A stretch of DNA of 64,000 nucleotides from the NCBI GenBank assembly GCA_041483895.1, contig JBGPGO010000012.1:74188-138187 (forward strand), written 5' to 3'. Made by a program: the position numbers and the translations under genes. The stretch is from Fimbriimonadia bacterium. GTDB taxonomy: Bacteria > Armatimonadota > Fimbriimonadia > Fimbriimonadales > JABRVX01. This document shows, one piece after another, positions 48,943 through 59,388 of the stretch. Every line of letters starts with the position of its first letter. Position 1 is the stretch's first letter. Under the pieces are notes generated by a model, which worked only from the letters and a program-made list of their open reading frames with translations, was not told the DNA's origin and made no database searches.

Positions 48943-50691
48943 CTACTTGCTGAATTGCGCTCCCCGCCATTCGGCGAAGAGCGGCTTCAGCTTGTTGCGT
49001 TGATACTTGCCGGTTGAGGTGACCGGAAACTCGGTCCCGAAGACCACCACTTTGGGCCGTTTGGGATGCGGCAAGTGTTGCGCGCAGTGGGCCAGGATTT
49101 GGTCGGCGGTCGTCGCAACGTCCTCCGCCAGCACCACGTAAGCTCCAACCTCCTCGCCATAGGTGTCGTTTTCGAAACCGACGGCCATGCCGGCCTTCAC
49201 CCCGGGACAATGGTTGATCACCTCGTCGATCTCGAACGGGCTGTAGTTTATGCCGCCTCGGATGATCAGCTCCTTGATGCGGCCGGTGATGAAGAAGTAG
49301 GGCCGTCCGTCCTCGCCCTCCATCCAGAAGCCCTCGTCGCCGCTGCGGAACCATTTGTGCTTGAAGGTGTCCGCATTGGCATCGGGGCGCTGGAAATAGC
49401 CCTTCATGACGCAATGGCCCCGCGCGACAATCTCGCCCCGCTCGCCCGGCGGCATCGATTTGCCTTTGTCGTCATGGATTGCCATTTCGTTGCACGAGAT
49501 CGGGCAGCCGATACTGGGGAAGCCATATTCTCGCATCCACTTCGCGTGCTCTTCTTTTGGCTGACGCAGGGGCAGGAAACAATCGTAGCATGTGGTTTCG
49601 CTCAGCCCGTAGCCGTGTTGGATGACCTGGCCGAACTGTTCCTCGAACCGTTGGCCGAGCTCGACGGTGAGCGGGCCGGCGCCGCAGATGAAATGGCGAA
49701 AATGGGACAATTCGAACTTGGTGAGGTCCTCGGCGCGCTCGCATAGGAAGGCAAGGACGGTTGGGACGACGCTGACGACGTTTACCCGATGCTGCGAAAG
49801 GACCTGCCAGAAGCTGCCGGCGCTAAATCTTCGGTTGAGGACCACGGAGCCGCCGAAGTAGAGCGGCGTGCAGAGCGTGACAATAATGCCGTTCACGTGA
49901 TGGATGGGCAAAATGCACATCATCCGGTCGCCCTCGGACAGCTCGTGCCATTCGGCGATGGAGTGGGCGTCGGCGAGCTGGTTGTATTGCTCTAGAACCA
50001 CCCCTTTCGGGGCTCCGGTCGTGCCGCTGGTGTAGACGATCAGGCTCTCTGTCTCCGGGCCAAAGTCGGGACGCTTGAACGTGGTCGGGTGCTTGTCGAT
50101 CTCCCTTCGAAGCTGCTGATACTCCGGCGCGGGGCCGCCCATCATTTGGACGAAGTGCCGGATCTTTGCGCTTCGGATCGGGGCGTATCGGGCGACGAAA
50201 TCCGGCATGATGAACATTGCCTTCGCTTCGCAGTTGTCCTGGATGAAGGCGATTCTCTCATCATCCTCGCCGGAATTGAGCGGAACCACGCATAGACCGG
50301 CGAGCCAAGCCGCGAAGTAGAGCTGGACCGTGATGGGGTGGTTGTAGGCGAGGACGGCGATCCGATCCCCTACGGTTAGGCCGAGCTCCTTCGTGAGGTA
50401 GTTGGCGGTCCGGCACACCTCTTGATAGAACTGTCCGTAGGAAAAATCGGTGGTTTGGCCTTCTTGGTGATAGATCAGCCAGGTTTTGAGGGCGAGGCGC
50501 TTGCATTGCTGTTCGATCAGATCGGCCAGGGTGTCAACCTTGGTCATCCGTCGGCTGAATGGCCGCCCCTCCATGCCTCTTGCGGCAAGGATGTTTCCCT
50601 CGTTCCTCGGGACATGCTTTAGGGTTTCGGGATTGGCCCCCTCGGCTCCCTCGTTCCTCGGGACAGGCCTCGGGGCGTGGTTCTGGCTCAT
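48943..50691 (-). CDS. Class I adenylate-forming enzyme (acyl-CoA synthetase family)
   Basis: YTSGTTGAPKG, GYGLSET, SGDEG, GRIKELI, TGK; GGAGG SD before ATG 50691. Confidence 0.9.
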   Translation of the reverse strand: MSQNHAPRPVPRNEGAEGANPETLKHVPRNEGNILAARGMEGRPFSRRMTKVDTLADLIEQQCKRLALKTWLIYHQEGQTTDFSYGQFYQEVCRTANYLTKELGLTVGDRIAVLAYNHPITVQLYFAAWLAGLCVVPLNSGEDDERIAFIQDNCEAKAMFIMPDFVARYAPIRSAKIRHFVQMMGGPAPEYQQLRREIDKHPTTFKRPDFGPETESLIVYTSGTTGAPKGVVLEQYNQLADAHSIAEWHELSEGDRMMCILPIHHVNGIIVTLCTPLYFGGSVVLNRRFSAGSFWQVLSQHRVNVVSVVPTVLAFLCERAEDLTKFELSHFRHFICGAGPLTVELGQRFEEQFGQVIQHGYGLSETTCYDCFLPLRQPKEEHAKWMREYGFPSIGCPISCNEMAIHDDKGKSMPPGERGEIVARGHCVMKGYFQRPDANADTFKHKWFRSGDEGFWMEGEDGRPYFFITGRIKELIIRGGINYSPFEIDEVINHCPGVKAGMAVGFENDTYGEEVGAYVVLAEDVATTADQILAHCAQHLPHPKRPKVVVFGTEFPVTSTGKYQRNKLKPLFAEWRGAQFSK

Positions 50692-50787
50692 CGTGGACAC
50701 CTCCCCTTGATTGTAACCGCCCGGCCCCCAACTGTCAAGCGGTCGGGCTAAAGTGCGCCCGCCAACATGGATGAGTACAATGCGGTT

Positions 50788-51006
50788 ATGAGATTTCAGG
50801 TCATCTTTACGTACGATGAGGACTACAAGGGCTATGTGGCGGAGGTGCCGGAACTTCCCGGTTGTTTTAGCCAAGGAAAGACAATGGAAGAGGCGATGGA
50901 AAACGTTCGCGATGCCATTCAGGGCGTGCTGCATGTGATGGCTGAAAGCGGCGAGCCATACACGCCGACCGGCAAAATGATCCTCGTTGGTGAGATCGCC
51001 GTCTAA
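50788..51006 (+). CDS. hicB: HicB-family antitoxin (short form)
   Basis: YVAEVPELPGCFSQGKTMEEAMENVRDAI. Confidence 0.9.
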   Translation: MRFQVIFTYDEDYKGYVAEVPELPGCFSQGKTMEEAMENVRDAIQGVLHVMAESGEPYTPTGKMILVGEIAV

Positions 51007-51007
51007 A

Positions 51008-51229
51008 ATGGGGAAGCTTCCCGTCGTCTCCGGGCAACAGGCTGTCAAGGCTTTCGTGCAATTGGGTTGGACAGTGAGTCACCAGACCGGCAGCCACATC
51101 ATCATGCAACGATCCGGCCACCCAACATTGTCGATACCAAATCACCGGGAATTGGCGCCTGGGCTTCTTCGCGGCCTTGTCCGCCGGACAGAGATCACGG
51201 TTGGGGAATTCGTTGCCGTCTTGAAATAG
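51008..51229 (+). CDS. hicA: HicA-family toxin
   Basis: LGW..SHQTGSHIIM...SIPNHRELAPGLL. Confidence 0.9.
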   Translation: MGKLPVVSGQQAVKAFVQLGWTVSHQTGSHIIMQRSGHPTLSIPNHRELAPGLLRGLVRRTEITVGEFVAVLK

Positions 51230-51234
51230 CTCGG

Positions 51235-52509
51235 TTACATCTTGAAAGACACGCCGAACGCCAAGGCGATCACGGCGCCGTCTCTACTGTTTGTGCCGAC
51301 GTTTACGGATACTTCCGATGCGTTCCAGGACCTGTCCGGGCCTGGACGGAATCGCCCAACCACGCCGTAGCGCGATGGAACTCCGAATTTCTCCACCGGG
51401 CGATAATACAGCCCGATCCTCCATTTCCAAACGCGGGCGCAATGAGTCGCTGGATCGACGTACGGCATCTCGTCTTGCCAAGCAACGGCGAAACCGGCTC
51501 CCGTGGTCTGACAGATGGGACCGTTGAAGAAATTTATCGTCTTTTGCTCGAAGGCGGCTTGCAGCATGATTCCCCTTCTTCCGGCCCCGAAGAGTTGTGA
51601 GACGGCCAGCGTCGTTATGTGCATGTCCGCAATCTGGGTGAAGTGGCGGTACGTCTGCAAGAGGCCGATTTTGAACCTTCTCATGCTGTCTGAATAAGCT
51701 CTTGACTCATTCTCAAGCTCCGTCGCCAAAGGATTTGTCGACACATCCGCAAGGGGATCCGCGGCCAGGGTGTATGCAAGCTGCTGCGCCTTTCGCTGGC
51801 GCTTCCCGACGCTGTCTAAATAGGCGCGCCGGCTGAAGGAAAGGTCGACTCTGGCGGATGCGGCGAAGGATGTGTGGCTCCCTCCCGTTTCTTGGGCAGC
51901 GAGGTCGACCCCAGATCGGTTGAATCCAACCGCGAAAGCCGTTGTACCCAGGGAGTTCTCGCCGACCCGGCGTCCATCGAATGAGAGCGCTCCGATCACC
52001 TCTGGGTTTTCCACTGCTCGCTGGAAGGCATGCCGCATCTTCTCTCTGCCCGCCAGGAAATCGACGACGCAAGGATCATCGGTCAATGCGCGTCTCCCTA
52101 GGATGATGGCTTTCGAGGCCAAAATGGCATCCAGAGTTTTCGACATTGCAACCGCACGCGTCCTAACATCACCTCTTTGAGCGGTAGTGAGCGCTTTGAT
52201 TACGTTCGACACGCCCAGATCAGGGGAACCGACGATGTGAATCTGATCTTTGATTCGCTTGTAGATTTTTGCGAGACATTCGACATTGAAAACGACGCTG
52301 TGTCCACAGTCATATTTCATCATTGCCTCAGAAGTGTTGTCCTGACCTGCCGTCGGATAGCACTTGTCGTCGATGAGAGTAACCGCCCCCGCAACGTTGC
52401 CTGTGGAGCTTTGCTCCGGACTGTTCTGATTGGACTTAGCCGTGTCGTCGCCGTCGGCGTATGCCAACGACGTGAACAAAGATACGAAAACGAGTAGAAC
52501 CACGCGCAC
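51235..52509 (-). CDS. Secreted/outer-membrane hypothetical protein
   Basis: GGAGG SD, signal peptide ending AYA; amphipathic beta-strand-like C-terminal half. Confidence 0.65.
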   Translation of the reverse strand: MRVVLLVFVSLFTSLAYADGDDTAKSNQNSPEQSSTGNVAGAVTLIDDKCYPTAGQDNTSEAMMKYDCGHSVVFNVECLAKIYKRIKDQIHIVGSPDLGVSNVIKALTTAQRGDVRTRAVAMSKTLDAILASKAIILGRRALTDDPCVVDFLAGREKMRHAFQRAVENPEVIGALSFDGRRVGENSLGTTAFAVGFNRSGVDLAAQETGGSHTSFAASARVDLSFSRRAYLDSVGKRQRKAQQLAYTLAADPLADVSTNPLATELENESRAYSDSMRRFKIGLLQTYRHFTQIADMHITTLAVSQLFGAGRRGIMLQAAFEQKTINFFNGPICQTTGAGFAVAWQDEMPYVDPATHCARVWKWRIGLYYRPVEKFGVPSRYGVVGRFRPGPDRSWNASEVSVNVGTNSRDGAVIALAFGVSFKM

Positions 52510-52534
52510 TCCTACACCTCCTACAATAAAGAAA

Positions 52535-55012
52535 CTATGCCGGGATGGCCGGGGACTCGCGAATCGCCCCGACCTTTTCCCAGATCGGATGGTCCGGTTC
52601 ATAGTGCCGTTGCAGCGCCGGCAGAGCCATAGCGATCGCTTCTTCGGCATCCCCCGATCGGCCCAATTTGGCAAGCGCCGTCGCCTTCCAAAACAGGCTG
52701 ATGCCGGCATCCAACGACAAAATCGGCTGGGAAGCCAGATAGATGTTGGCTGCCTTTTCGTGGTTCGCCAAAGCTTCCGCCCATTTGTCCTGCTTGGCCA
52801 ACGTTCGGCCGATGTTGTTCAGCCGGATCGCCACTTTTTCACTCTCCGGACCGGAAACCTCCCGATCGATTTCCAACGCACGGTGAAGCAGTTCTAGGGT
52901 CTCTGTGAGATTTCCTTGTGACTCCCGCAACGTACCCATATTATTCAGGCAGGAGGCCAATTCCTTGCGCAATCCGGCCCGTTCGTACACGTCGTAGGCC
53001 TGTTGATAGTGGCTCATCGCCTCTTCGAAGAACCGATCCTCCTGCACCGCGGCGGCCCTCTGCTTGAGCACATATCCCAAACTGTTGTGGAAACCGGCAA
53101 GTCGAGGGTCGTCCGTCCCGAGGATTTTTCCCGCCTCCCGGAGCGCTTTTCGTGCTTCGTCCAACGCTTCGTCCGGGAGTTTCAGCGCCTGCAGCGATTC
53201 GGCGACTCGCTTTCGAAATTCGGCTGACGTGAACGTAGATGGCGGCGCGAGGCGAAGTCCCTCGCGAAAGGCCCCCAGCGCCTCCGGAAACGCATTCGAT
53301 TCGAAGAGGGAGCTTCCGATGGCGTGGACAAGCCCGATGCAATCCTGTTCGATGCCCTGGGCGCGGCAGAGACCCAGTAGAACTTCGGCATGTGGAAGTT
53401 CTTTGTGCGATGCGGTGCGGTCGCCGACGTCAACCGCATCTTGCAGCCACCGCGCTATCGTCGTTGCCGACCTTCGGACCAGATCGACGCGCCGCTCGGG
53501 ATCCAACAGCTCGAAGGCAAAGGCGCCGACCACCTGGTGCAGCGTGATCGACCCATCCGTATCGAAGGCGACCAATGAACAATCGCCGAGGTCCGCGAGC
53601 GCCTCGTCGTATTGCGGCTCGGACCAGTTTTCGCCGACCTCGAAGGGCAGCGTTCGTGGAATTCCGCGAGAGGCGTAACACGAGAGATGGCCGAGGACAT
53701 CCTGGGCGAACGCGTTGACCGTTCCGTAGCTAAGCGACAGCGTGTCGAAGACGGAACCGCAATGGCCGGTCGCGTTTTGGAATCGGCGGCGGGCGGCCTC
53801 CAGCGACGAATGCATACCGTGAGGCGAGCTGATTCGCTGTGCGTATTCGGCGAAGGTGATTCCGACGCGGTCAATATGGTGGGCGACAAGGGCCAGCGCG
53901 AGCGGGAGGAACCCGACCCGCTCCGCGATGCTATATGCGGAGTCCCTCTCTTCGGTTCCGGATGCGGCGCGATAGCTTTGGAGGAGCTGAACGGCGGATT
54001 CGGCGTCCAGCACCGGCAGATCGATGCATTCGTACGGTCCCTTCGCCAGCCATCGCAGTTTGGTTGTCATCAGCACCCGGCAACGGCCCATGTCAGCGGG
54101 CAGGGAAGGCTCGACATTCTCCGCCAGGTCATCGATGATCAGCAGGCTGGCCTGCTCCCGGCTCGCCAGTTTCTTGCGGACCGCGCGGGCACGGTCGGCG
54201 CCGGACATGACATCCGAAAGACCGAGGTCCGCGCCAAGCGAAGCGAGGTCGGCTTCCAAACGGTTTTGCGCGTCGCCGTGGACCCAGAACACCCCGCCGG
54301 GGAACAGCGATTGGCGGCTGAAGGCGTACTCGATGGCGGTCTGTGTCTTTCCCAATCCGCCGACGCCGACCAGGGCGATGCGCGATGTTCGGCCGTACAG
54401 AAGATGCTCGTCCAGCTTTTGGAGCAAGGTTTCCCGTCCGACAAAGTGGCAATTCGGTTGATAGGGCAGGTTGGAGGGACTGTGGCCGTCGGCGACCAAA
54501 GGGGGGAAGTCTTTGGGCAGGGTTGGGCCGGCGAGCTGATAGATGGGACTCGGGGATTCGAAACCTTTGAGGGAGAATTCGCCGAGGTAGACATAGTCGA
54601 AGCCGTGTGCAAGCTCTTTCGTTGCTGCCGATACCAGGATTTGACCTGCGTGGCCGAGGGCGCGGAGGCGCGCGCAGCGAATGACGGTCAGGCCGTATAG
54701 GTCGCCGCGGCGGAACTCGACCTCGCCCGTGTGGATGGCGACGCGAAGCTGGACCTGGCTGACGGTTTCTTGAATCTCAATCGCGGCGCGCATGGCGTCG
54801 GAGGGGAGGGCGAATGTGTTGAACGTGCTGTCGCCCTCTCGCAGGTGTTTCAGCGGTTTGCCGTTGTGGCGGCAGACGATTTCATCGACTTGGTCCTCGC
54901 AGCTGGCGATGACGTGACCGGGCGCCTCGTGGCTGGTCCACAAGGCGGTGCTGTCCACCATGTCGGTCAGTAGGAGTGTGACCGTTCCCTTCCCGGTTTC
55001 GCTCATTTCCAT
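52535..55012 (-). CDS. Class III cyclase-like + NB-ARC (STAND) + TPR protein
   Basis: LLTDMVDST, EGDS, RVAIHTG, GQILVS; Walker A GVGGLGKT, Walker B LLIIDD, GFLPLAL, LHQVV; C-terminal TPRs. Confidence 0.88.
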   Translation of the reverse strand: MEMSETGKGTVTLLLTDMVDSTALWTSHEAPGHVIASCEDQVDEIVCRHNGKPLKHLREGDSTFNTFALPSDAMRAAIEIQETVSQVQLRVAIHTGEVEFRRGDLYGLTVIRCARLRALGHAGQILVSAATKELAHGFDYVYLGEFSLKGFESPSPIYQLAGPTLPKDFPPLVADGHSPSNLPYQPNCHFVGRETLLQKLDEHLLYGRTSRIALVGVGGLGKTQTAIEYAFSRQSLFPGGVFWVHGDAQNRLEADLASLGADLGLSDVMSGADRARAVRKKLASREQASLLIIDDLAENVEPSLPADMGRCRVLMTTKLRWLAKGPYECIDLPVLDAESAVQLLQSYRAASGTEERDSAYSIAERVGFLPLALALVAHHIDRVGITFAEYAQRISSPHGMHSSLEAARRRFQNATGHCGSVFDTLSLSYGTVNAFAQDVLGHLSCYASRGIPRTLPFEVGENWSEPQYDEALADLGDCSLVAFDTDGSITLHQVVGAFAFELLDPERRVDLVRRSATTIARWLQDAVDVGDRTASHKELPHAEVLLGLCRAQGIEQDCIGLVHAIGSSLFESNAFPEALGAFREGLRLAPPSTFTSAEFRKRVAESLQALKLPDEALDEARKALREAGKILGTDDPRLAGFHNSLGYVLKQRAAAVQEDRFFEEAMSHYQQAYDVYERAGLRKELASCLNNMGTLRESQGNLTETLELLHRALEIDREVSGPESEKVAIRLNNIGRTLAKQDKWAEALANHEKAANIYLASQPILSLDAGISLFWKATALAKLGRSGDAEEAIAMALPALQRHYEPDHPIWEKVGAIRESPAIPA

Positions 55013-55175
55013 TTCCCTGCTGTCAGTACAGTATAAGACGATTTAACTCATATTTATTAGTACTACGTCCCACGAAAGGCCTATTATTCGCGATTTTTTC
55101 CCAATTCAGGGCAACGGGATGCTTGAGGAACGTTGGCGGCTTACTTTCGAGTAATCTACCATGAGAGGTGGTGTC

Positions 55176-57182
55176 ATGCGGGCTTTGTCCATCGTGGTGT
55201 TCGTGGGTCTGCTGGCCGGCGCCGCGCAGGCGGCGGATGACCGGTTGAGCGTCCATATCAATCAATCATTCGATTGCCTACCGCTTGGGGAGCTGGTCCC
55301 GAAGCTGGGCGGGTTGGCGGGCGTGAAGATGGTGGCGGGCAAAGAGGTTGCGGACGAGATGGTGTTTCTGTGCGTCCGTGACCGGCCGCTCTCGGAAGTG
55401 ATGAACCGCCTGGCCGACTCGCTCGACATGACCTGGTTTGAGGAAGGGGATAAGGAGCACCCGCGTTATACGTTCAAGCCGACCGCCGAACAGGAGCGGC
55501 AAACTGAGCGCAAGATCCTGGCGGCAAAGATGGCGGGAGTGAACCGGGCGCGTGAAGACATCGCCAAGTACGCGAAGTGCCTCGAGGTGCCGGAGCAGAT
55601 AAGAGAGGTCGCCGTCAATGATTGGCTGGCAAGCGGAAATAACAGGCCATGGCATGCTGATCCCGCCAGCTATTACGCGATGCTCCGCTTTCAAGATACT
55701 CGACTCTTTGTCAAAGTCCTGAGTGCCTGGTCAGACAAAGATTGGCAGCACTTGGCGACCACCGGAACCGTCACTTGCCGATTTCATCCCGAAAAAGGCG
55801 AGATGCGCCTGGATCCCAAGTTTCTGGATGACGTGAAGAACTGGCAGGGGCAGATGAAGGCGGCGCAATCAGAGCCCTTTGATCCATACAATCGGCCCGG
55901 ATCCCTGTTGGATACAGCTGACGAACAACACAAGCAGTTCGATCCGGACAACATCGGCGACCTGCGAATAAATTTCATTTTCGATCATGGCCAATCTCTG
56001 GCTTGCTACGCGGCCGTGATGGGCAAGAACGGAAGGACATTGTTCTACTCCGTCGGTCGAAGGATCGGGTCGGCATTTAGCGCGCCGGATGCTCCGATCT
56101 GCTCGACTGATCCAGTATTTGCATTGCCGTTTTCACCTTCGCGAAAAGTTGCCGAATTGCATGACAAAGATCGGTTCGGCAGGGAGTATGAGAAGCGAAT
56201 GTGGTCCGATCCGAAGCCTCCGTTCCTCGAACCGCTAAACCTCTTCAATGGTCCGTTGCTCACCGAGGCCGCGGCAACGACACAACACTCAATTGTCACA
56301 CCGCTATGCGACTCTTGCCTTTATCCTTTTGAATACAAGAGTGGCACGATCGGGGGCATTCTTGCAGGGCAGATCGCCACTCAGACCCCTCTTGTGCATT
56401 TTGAGGCGGACACGAACTGGATCATCGGACGACGTACTTATACGGAAAAGAACATTAACAGTTGGATCTTGATTCCGAGAAGTCTATTGCGGATGATCTA
56501 TGGATCGCTTGCGCAGATGCGGGTTCCCACACTGGAGGAGATCGGGCCGCCTACCTGTCATTGGACAGACTTTGACGCGAGTTACTATTCATCCGTCTTT
56601 ACCTTATGCTGGCCATCATACAATTGCGGCTGCTTCGAAACTGAGTTCTCGCGATCCAGGGTGCGTTTTTGGTTGGCGCTGAACGCCGAGCAGAGAAACA
56701 CAATGCTAAGTGGAAAGCAACTGCCATTGTCGTCGCTTTCGCCAGATCAACAACAAGCGTTTGAGGAGTTTGTCCGTCCTGCCCAGCCGGGAACTCCTCC
56801 GGAGTACATGGACTATCTATTGCCGAAGCCGGAGCAGATGGCTGAGGCCGCGCTCAAGGCGCAATATCACGATGACTTCAAATATTTGGGAGTCATCCAA
56901 AAAGCGCAGGATAACGACGACATCGACATGTGGATACCGCAGCCGATCTCGGATAGCGATCTTCGATATTATGCATCGGCAAAGGAGTATCGCGTCGCCG
57001 TCTTCCAAGGCATCGGATGGGAACTTTCGCTTTCCCTGGAACGCCAAAAGTCGCCCTACTTCACATGCGTCCTTTATTCCACCCTTCGCCGGTTGAAGGA
57101 TAAACTCGATCTGATGTATCCCGATGAGAAGTTGAAGAAGGTGTTGGAGGAGGGGAAGAAGGCATCGGATGGCGGTGACTAA
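55176..57182 (+). CDS. Large secreted hypothetical protein (paralog 1)
   Basis: GAGGTGG SD, signal peptide; paralog of 57229-59244. Confidence 0.8.
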   Translation: MRALSIVVFVGLLAGAAQAADDRLSVHINQSFDCLPLGELVPKLGGLAGVKMVAGKEVADEMVFLCVRDRPLSEVMNRLADSLDMTWFEEGDKEHPRYTFKPTAEQERQTERKILAAKMAGVNRAREDIAKYAKCLEVPEQIREVAVNDWLASGNNRPWHADPASYYAMLRFQDTRLFVKVLSAWSDKDWQHLATTGTVTCRFHPEKGEMRLDPKFLDDVKNWQGQMKAAQSEPFDPYNRPGSLLDTADEQHKQFDPDNIGDLRINFIFDHGQSLACYAAVMGKNGRTLFYSVGRRIGSAFSAPDAPICSTDPVFALPFSPSRKVAELHDKDRFGREYEKRMWSDPKPPFLEPLNLFNGPLLTEAAATTQHSIVTPLCDSCLYPFEYKSGTIGGILAGQIATQTPLVHFEADTNWIIGRRTYTEKNINSWILIPRSLLRMIYGSLAQMRVPTLEEIGPPTCHWTDFDASYYSSVFTLCWPSYNCGCFETEFSRSRVRFWLALNAEQRNTMLSGKQLPLSSLSPDQQQAFEEFVRPAQPGTPPEYMDYLLPKPEQMAEAALKAQYHDDFKYLGVIQKAQDNDDIDMWIPQPISDSDLRYYASAKEYRVAVFQGIGWELSLSLERQKSPYFTCVLYSTLRRLKDKLDLMYPDEKLKKVLEEGKKASDGGD

Positions 57183-57228
57183 CCGGCCCGTTTCGCAACG
57201 CGTCCATGAGGCGGGAGGTAGGTGGAAC

Positions 57229-59244
57229 ATGGCGATGTCGAAATGGTTGTGCCTGATCTTTGCGGTCACCGTGGCCGGCGCGGTCCACGCTTCGGACGAT
57301 CGGCTGGCGACGAAGGTCGATCAGTCCTTTCACTGCCTGCCACTCGGCGAGTTGGTTCCGAAGCTGGGTGAGTTGGCCGGCGTGAAGATGGTGGCGGGCA
57401 AAGAGGTTGCGGACGAGATGGTGTTCCTTGCCGTCCGCGACCGGCCACTCTCGGAAGTGATGAACCATCTGGCGGAATCTTTGGACATGACGTGGTTTGA
57501 GGACGGAGACAAGGATAAACCCCGATACACGTTGAAGCCTTCCGCGCTGCAGAAGAAGGAGCTCGCGCGCAAAATCCTGATCGCCAAGATGGTGCACCTC
57601 AATCGCGCGAAGAAGAAGGTGAAAAAGCTATGGGACGCGCTGCAGGTTCCGCAGAAGAAGCGCGAGGAGGAAGCGGCTATTTGGCGGGAGCAGGTCAAGA
57701 ATGGGACGCCACCAGCGGACAGCCCGGCCCGCTTATATGACCAACTCACGCATGTCGACATTCAAATGATTGTGAAGCTGCTGCACGGATGGACTGATGA
57801 GGACTGGGTGCGTCTAGCAACGGTGGAGAAGGTCGCTTGCAGCACACATCCAGTTGCCGATATGCATCCCCTCGGCAGCGAAGTTACTGCAGATGCAAAG
57901 CGGTGGCAGGCAGAGACGAAAGCGGCGATGTCGAGTGGCGAAATGACATTCACCCGCGTCATCGGCGGGATCCGACAAGGCGACTCGAATCCGAAGCAAT
58001 ACGACCCAGACAATGTGGCGGAATTGCGCATAACCTTGAGCTACAAGCCCGGCGAGTTTCTTTTTTGCCTGACGGAGGTCATTGGGCGGGACGGCGCGAC
58101 AATTCTCTGTTCCGACCTATCGCCCTTTGACATTTATTCGCCAGACAAATCTGAAGGGAAGGCTTGTTCCGACGCTCCATTGTTCCAATCGAAATATCAA
58201 CCTCCTAACGGGATACTCAAGACCGGCGACTACGAGCAGTTCGGGGATGCATTTCTAGAGGAAGTCTTCCGTCGCGGCCCGAACGAGTTTCTCGAACCGT
58301 TGGATTTTCGCGTTGGGGCGCTCTTGGATGACATCGCGGCGAAGAACTCCGTGAGCGCGGTCGTCCCGTTGTGCGACTACTGCGCCGCGCCGCGCCCCAT
58401 TGCCGCTGAAGGGAAGGTTGCCGAAGCGCTGATCCAAGGCTTGGCAACTCCCATGCGGCTGGTACGCTTCGATGCTGCGGACGGTTGGCTCATCGGCCAC
58501 CGGTGGATCCATGAGGACAGCGTTGGGCATTGGTACGCCGTTCCACGTTCCACGCTGCGTGTGTTTCACGAAGCCGTTGCTCGGCGGACTGTTCCGTCGC
58601 TTGACGACGTTGCCCGAGCAGTGACGCCGCTGACGCAGTCGCAGTCTGAATGCCTTGGTTGGCTCATAATGGCGTGCTTTCCCGCTATGCATGTACTTGG
58701 TATGGACCAGGCTGAAACTCGGAGCTTCCTGCGGTTTTGGCTCACGTTATCGGCTTCCCAAAAACAGCATTTTCTTGCCGGCGATCCAGTGCGAGTGTCC
58801 GAATTGCCCAGCAACCAGCTGATTGCCATTCAGGAACTCGTGTCGACGGACGACGATCTGCATCCTAGGCGAAGGGCGGGCGATTTGCCTCCAGCCTCCG
58901 AATTTCCCAACGCCACCGCCAAATGCGACTATGTTGCTCCGAATGGATTCCTGGTCTCGATGCTGGACTCCGAAATGGACATGCAAGATGCCGATCGGTA
59001 CGCTCAACCTGCCTCCGCGAAGACGCTTTATTCTATGGTAAAGGAAGAGAACCCGCTGTATCAGTTCTTTGAGGGGGACGGATGGAACGTTTCGTTCTCC
59101 GTTCGTCATCCGCGTGGCACCTGGGGAAGCGCGTATCTTTTTTGCTGCTTCGCGCGGAACCGCAAACCGGTCGATCTCTCTTCGCCGGGCGACAAGTTGA
59201 AGAAGCTGTTGGAGGAGGGGAAGAAGGCAGCCGGCGGTCCTTGA
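57229..59244 (+). CDS. Large secreted hypothetical protein (paralog 2)
   Basis: GGAGG SD, signal peptide; N- and C-termini nearly identical to paralog 1. Confidence 0.8.
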   Translation: MAMSKWLCLIFAVTVAGAVHASDDRLATKVDQSFHCLPLGELVPKLGELAGVKMVAGKEVADEMVFLAVRDRPLSEVMNHLAESLDMTWFEDGDKDKPRYTLKPSALQKKELARKILIAKMVHLNRAKKKVKKLWDALQVPQKKREEEAAIWREQVKNGTPPADSPARLYDQLTHVDIQMIVKLLHGWTDEDWVRLATVEKVACSTHPVADMHPLGSEVTADAKRWQAETKAAMSSGEMTFTRVIGGIRQGDSNPKQYDPDNVAELRITLSYKPGEFLFCLTEVIGRDGATILCSDLSPFDIYSPDKSEGKACSDAPLFQSKYQPPNGILKTGDYEQFGDAFLEEVFRRGPNEFLEPLDFRVGALLDDIAAKNSVSAVVPLCDYCAAPRPIAAEGKVAEALIQGLATPMRLVRFDAADGWLIGHRWIHEDSVGHWYAVPRSTLRVFHEAVARRTVPSLDDVARAVTPLTQSQSECLGWLIMACFPAMHVLGMDQAETRSFLRFWLTLSASQKQHFLAGDPVRVSELPSNQLIAIQELVSTDDDLHPRRRAGDLPPASEFPNATAKCDYVAPNGFLVSMLDSEMDMQDADRYAQPASAKTLYSMVKEENPLYQFFEGDGWNVSFSVRHPRGTWGSAYLFCCFARNRKPVDLSSPGDKLKKLLEEGKKAAGGP

Positions 59245-59245
59245 T

Positions 59246-59378
59246 GTGTCGGGTCTTGGGGGATTTGCGCTCGGTACGTTGCGGCGGGCGAGGACCCTGA
59301 CACATCATGGGGGCTGTGGAGTGTCGGGTCTTGGGGGATTTGCACTCGGTACGTTGCGGCAGGCGAGGACCCTGACAC
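59246..59378. repeat. Two tandem 58-bp units with terminal inverted repeats
   Basis: gtgtcgggtctt...aggaccctgacac at 59246-59303 and 59321-59378, two mismatches. Confidence 0.85.
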
Positions 59379-59388
59379 AACAACGTTG

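Noticed and set aside
50692..51048. Long N-terminal extension of the acyl-CoA ligase ORF
   Set aside because: It is antisense to hicB; the SD-supported start is 50691.
59246..59378. Possible CRISPR repeats
   Set aside because: Only two 58-bp units with a 17-bp gap; wrong geometry.
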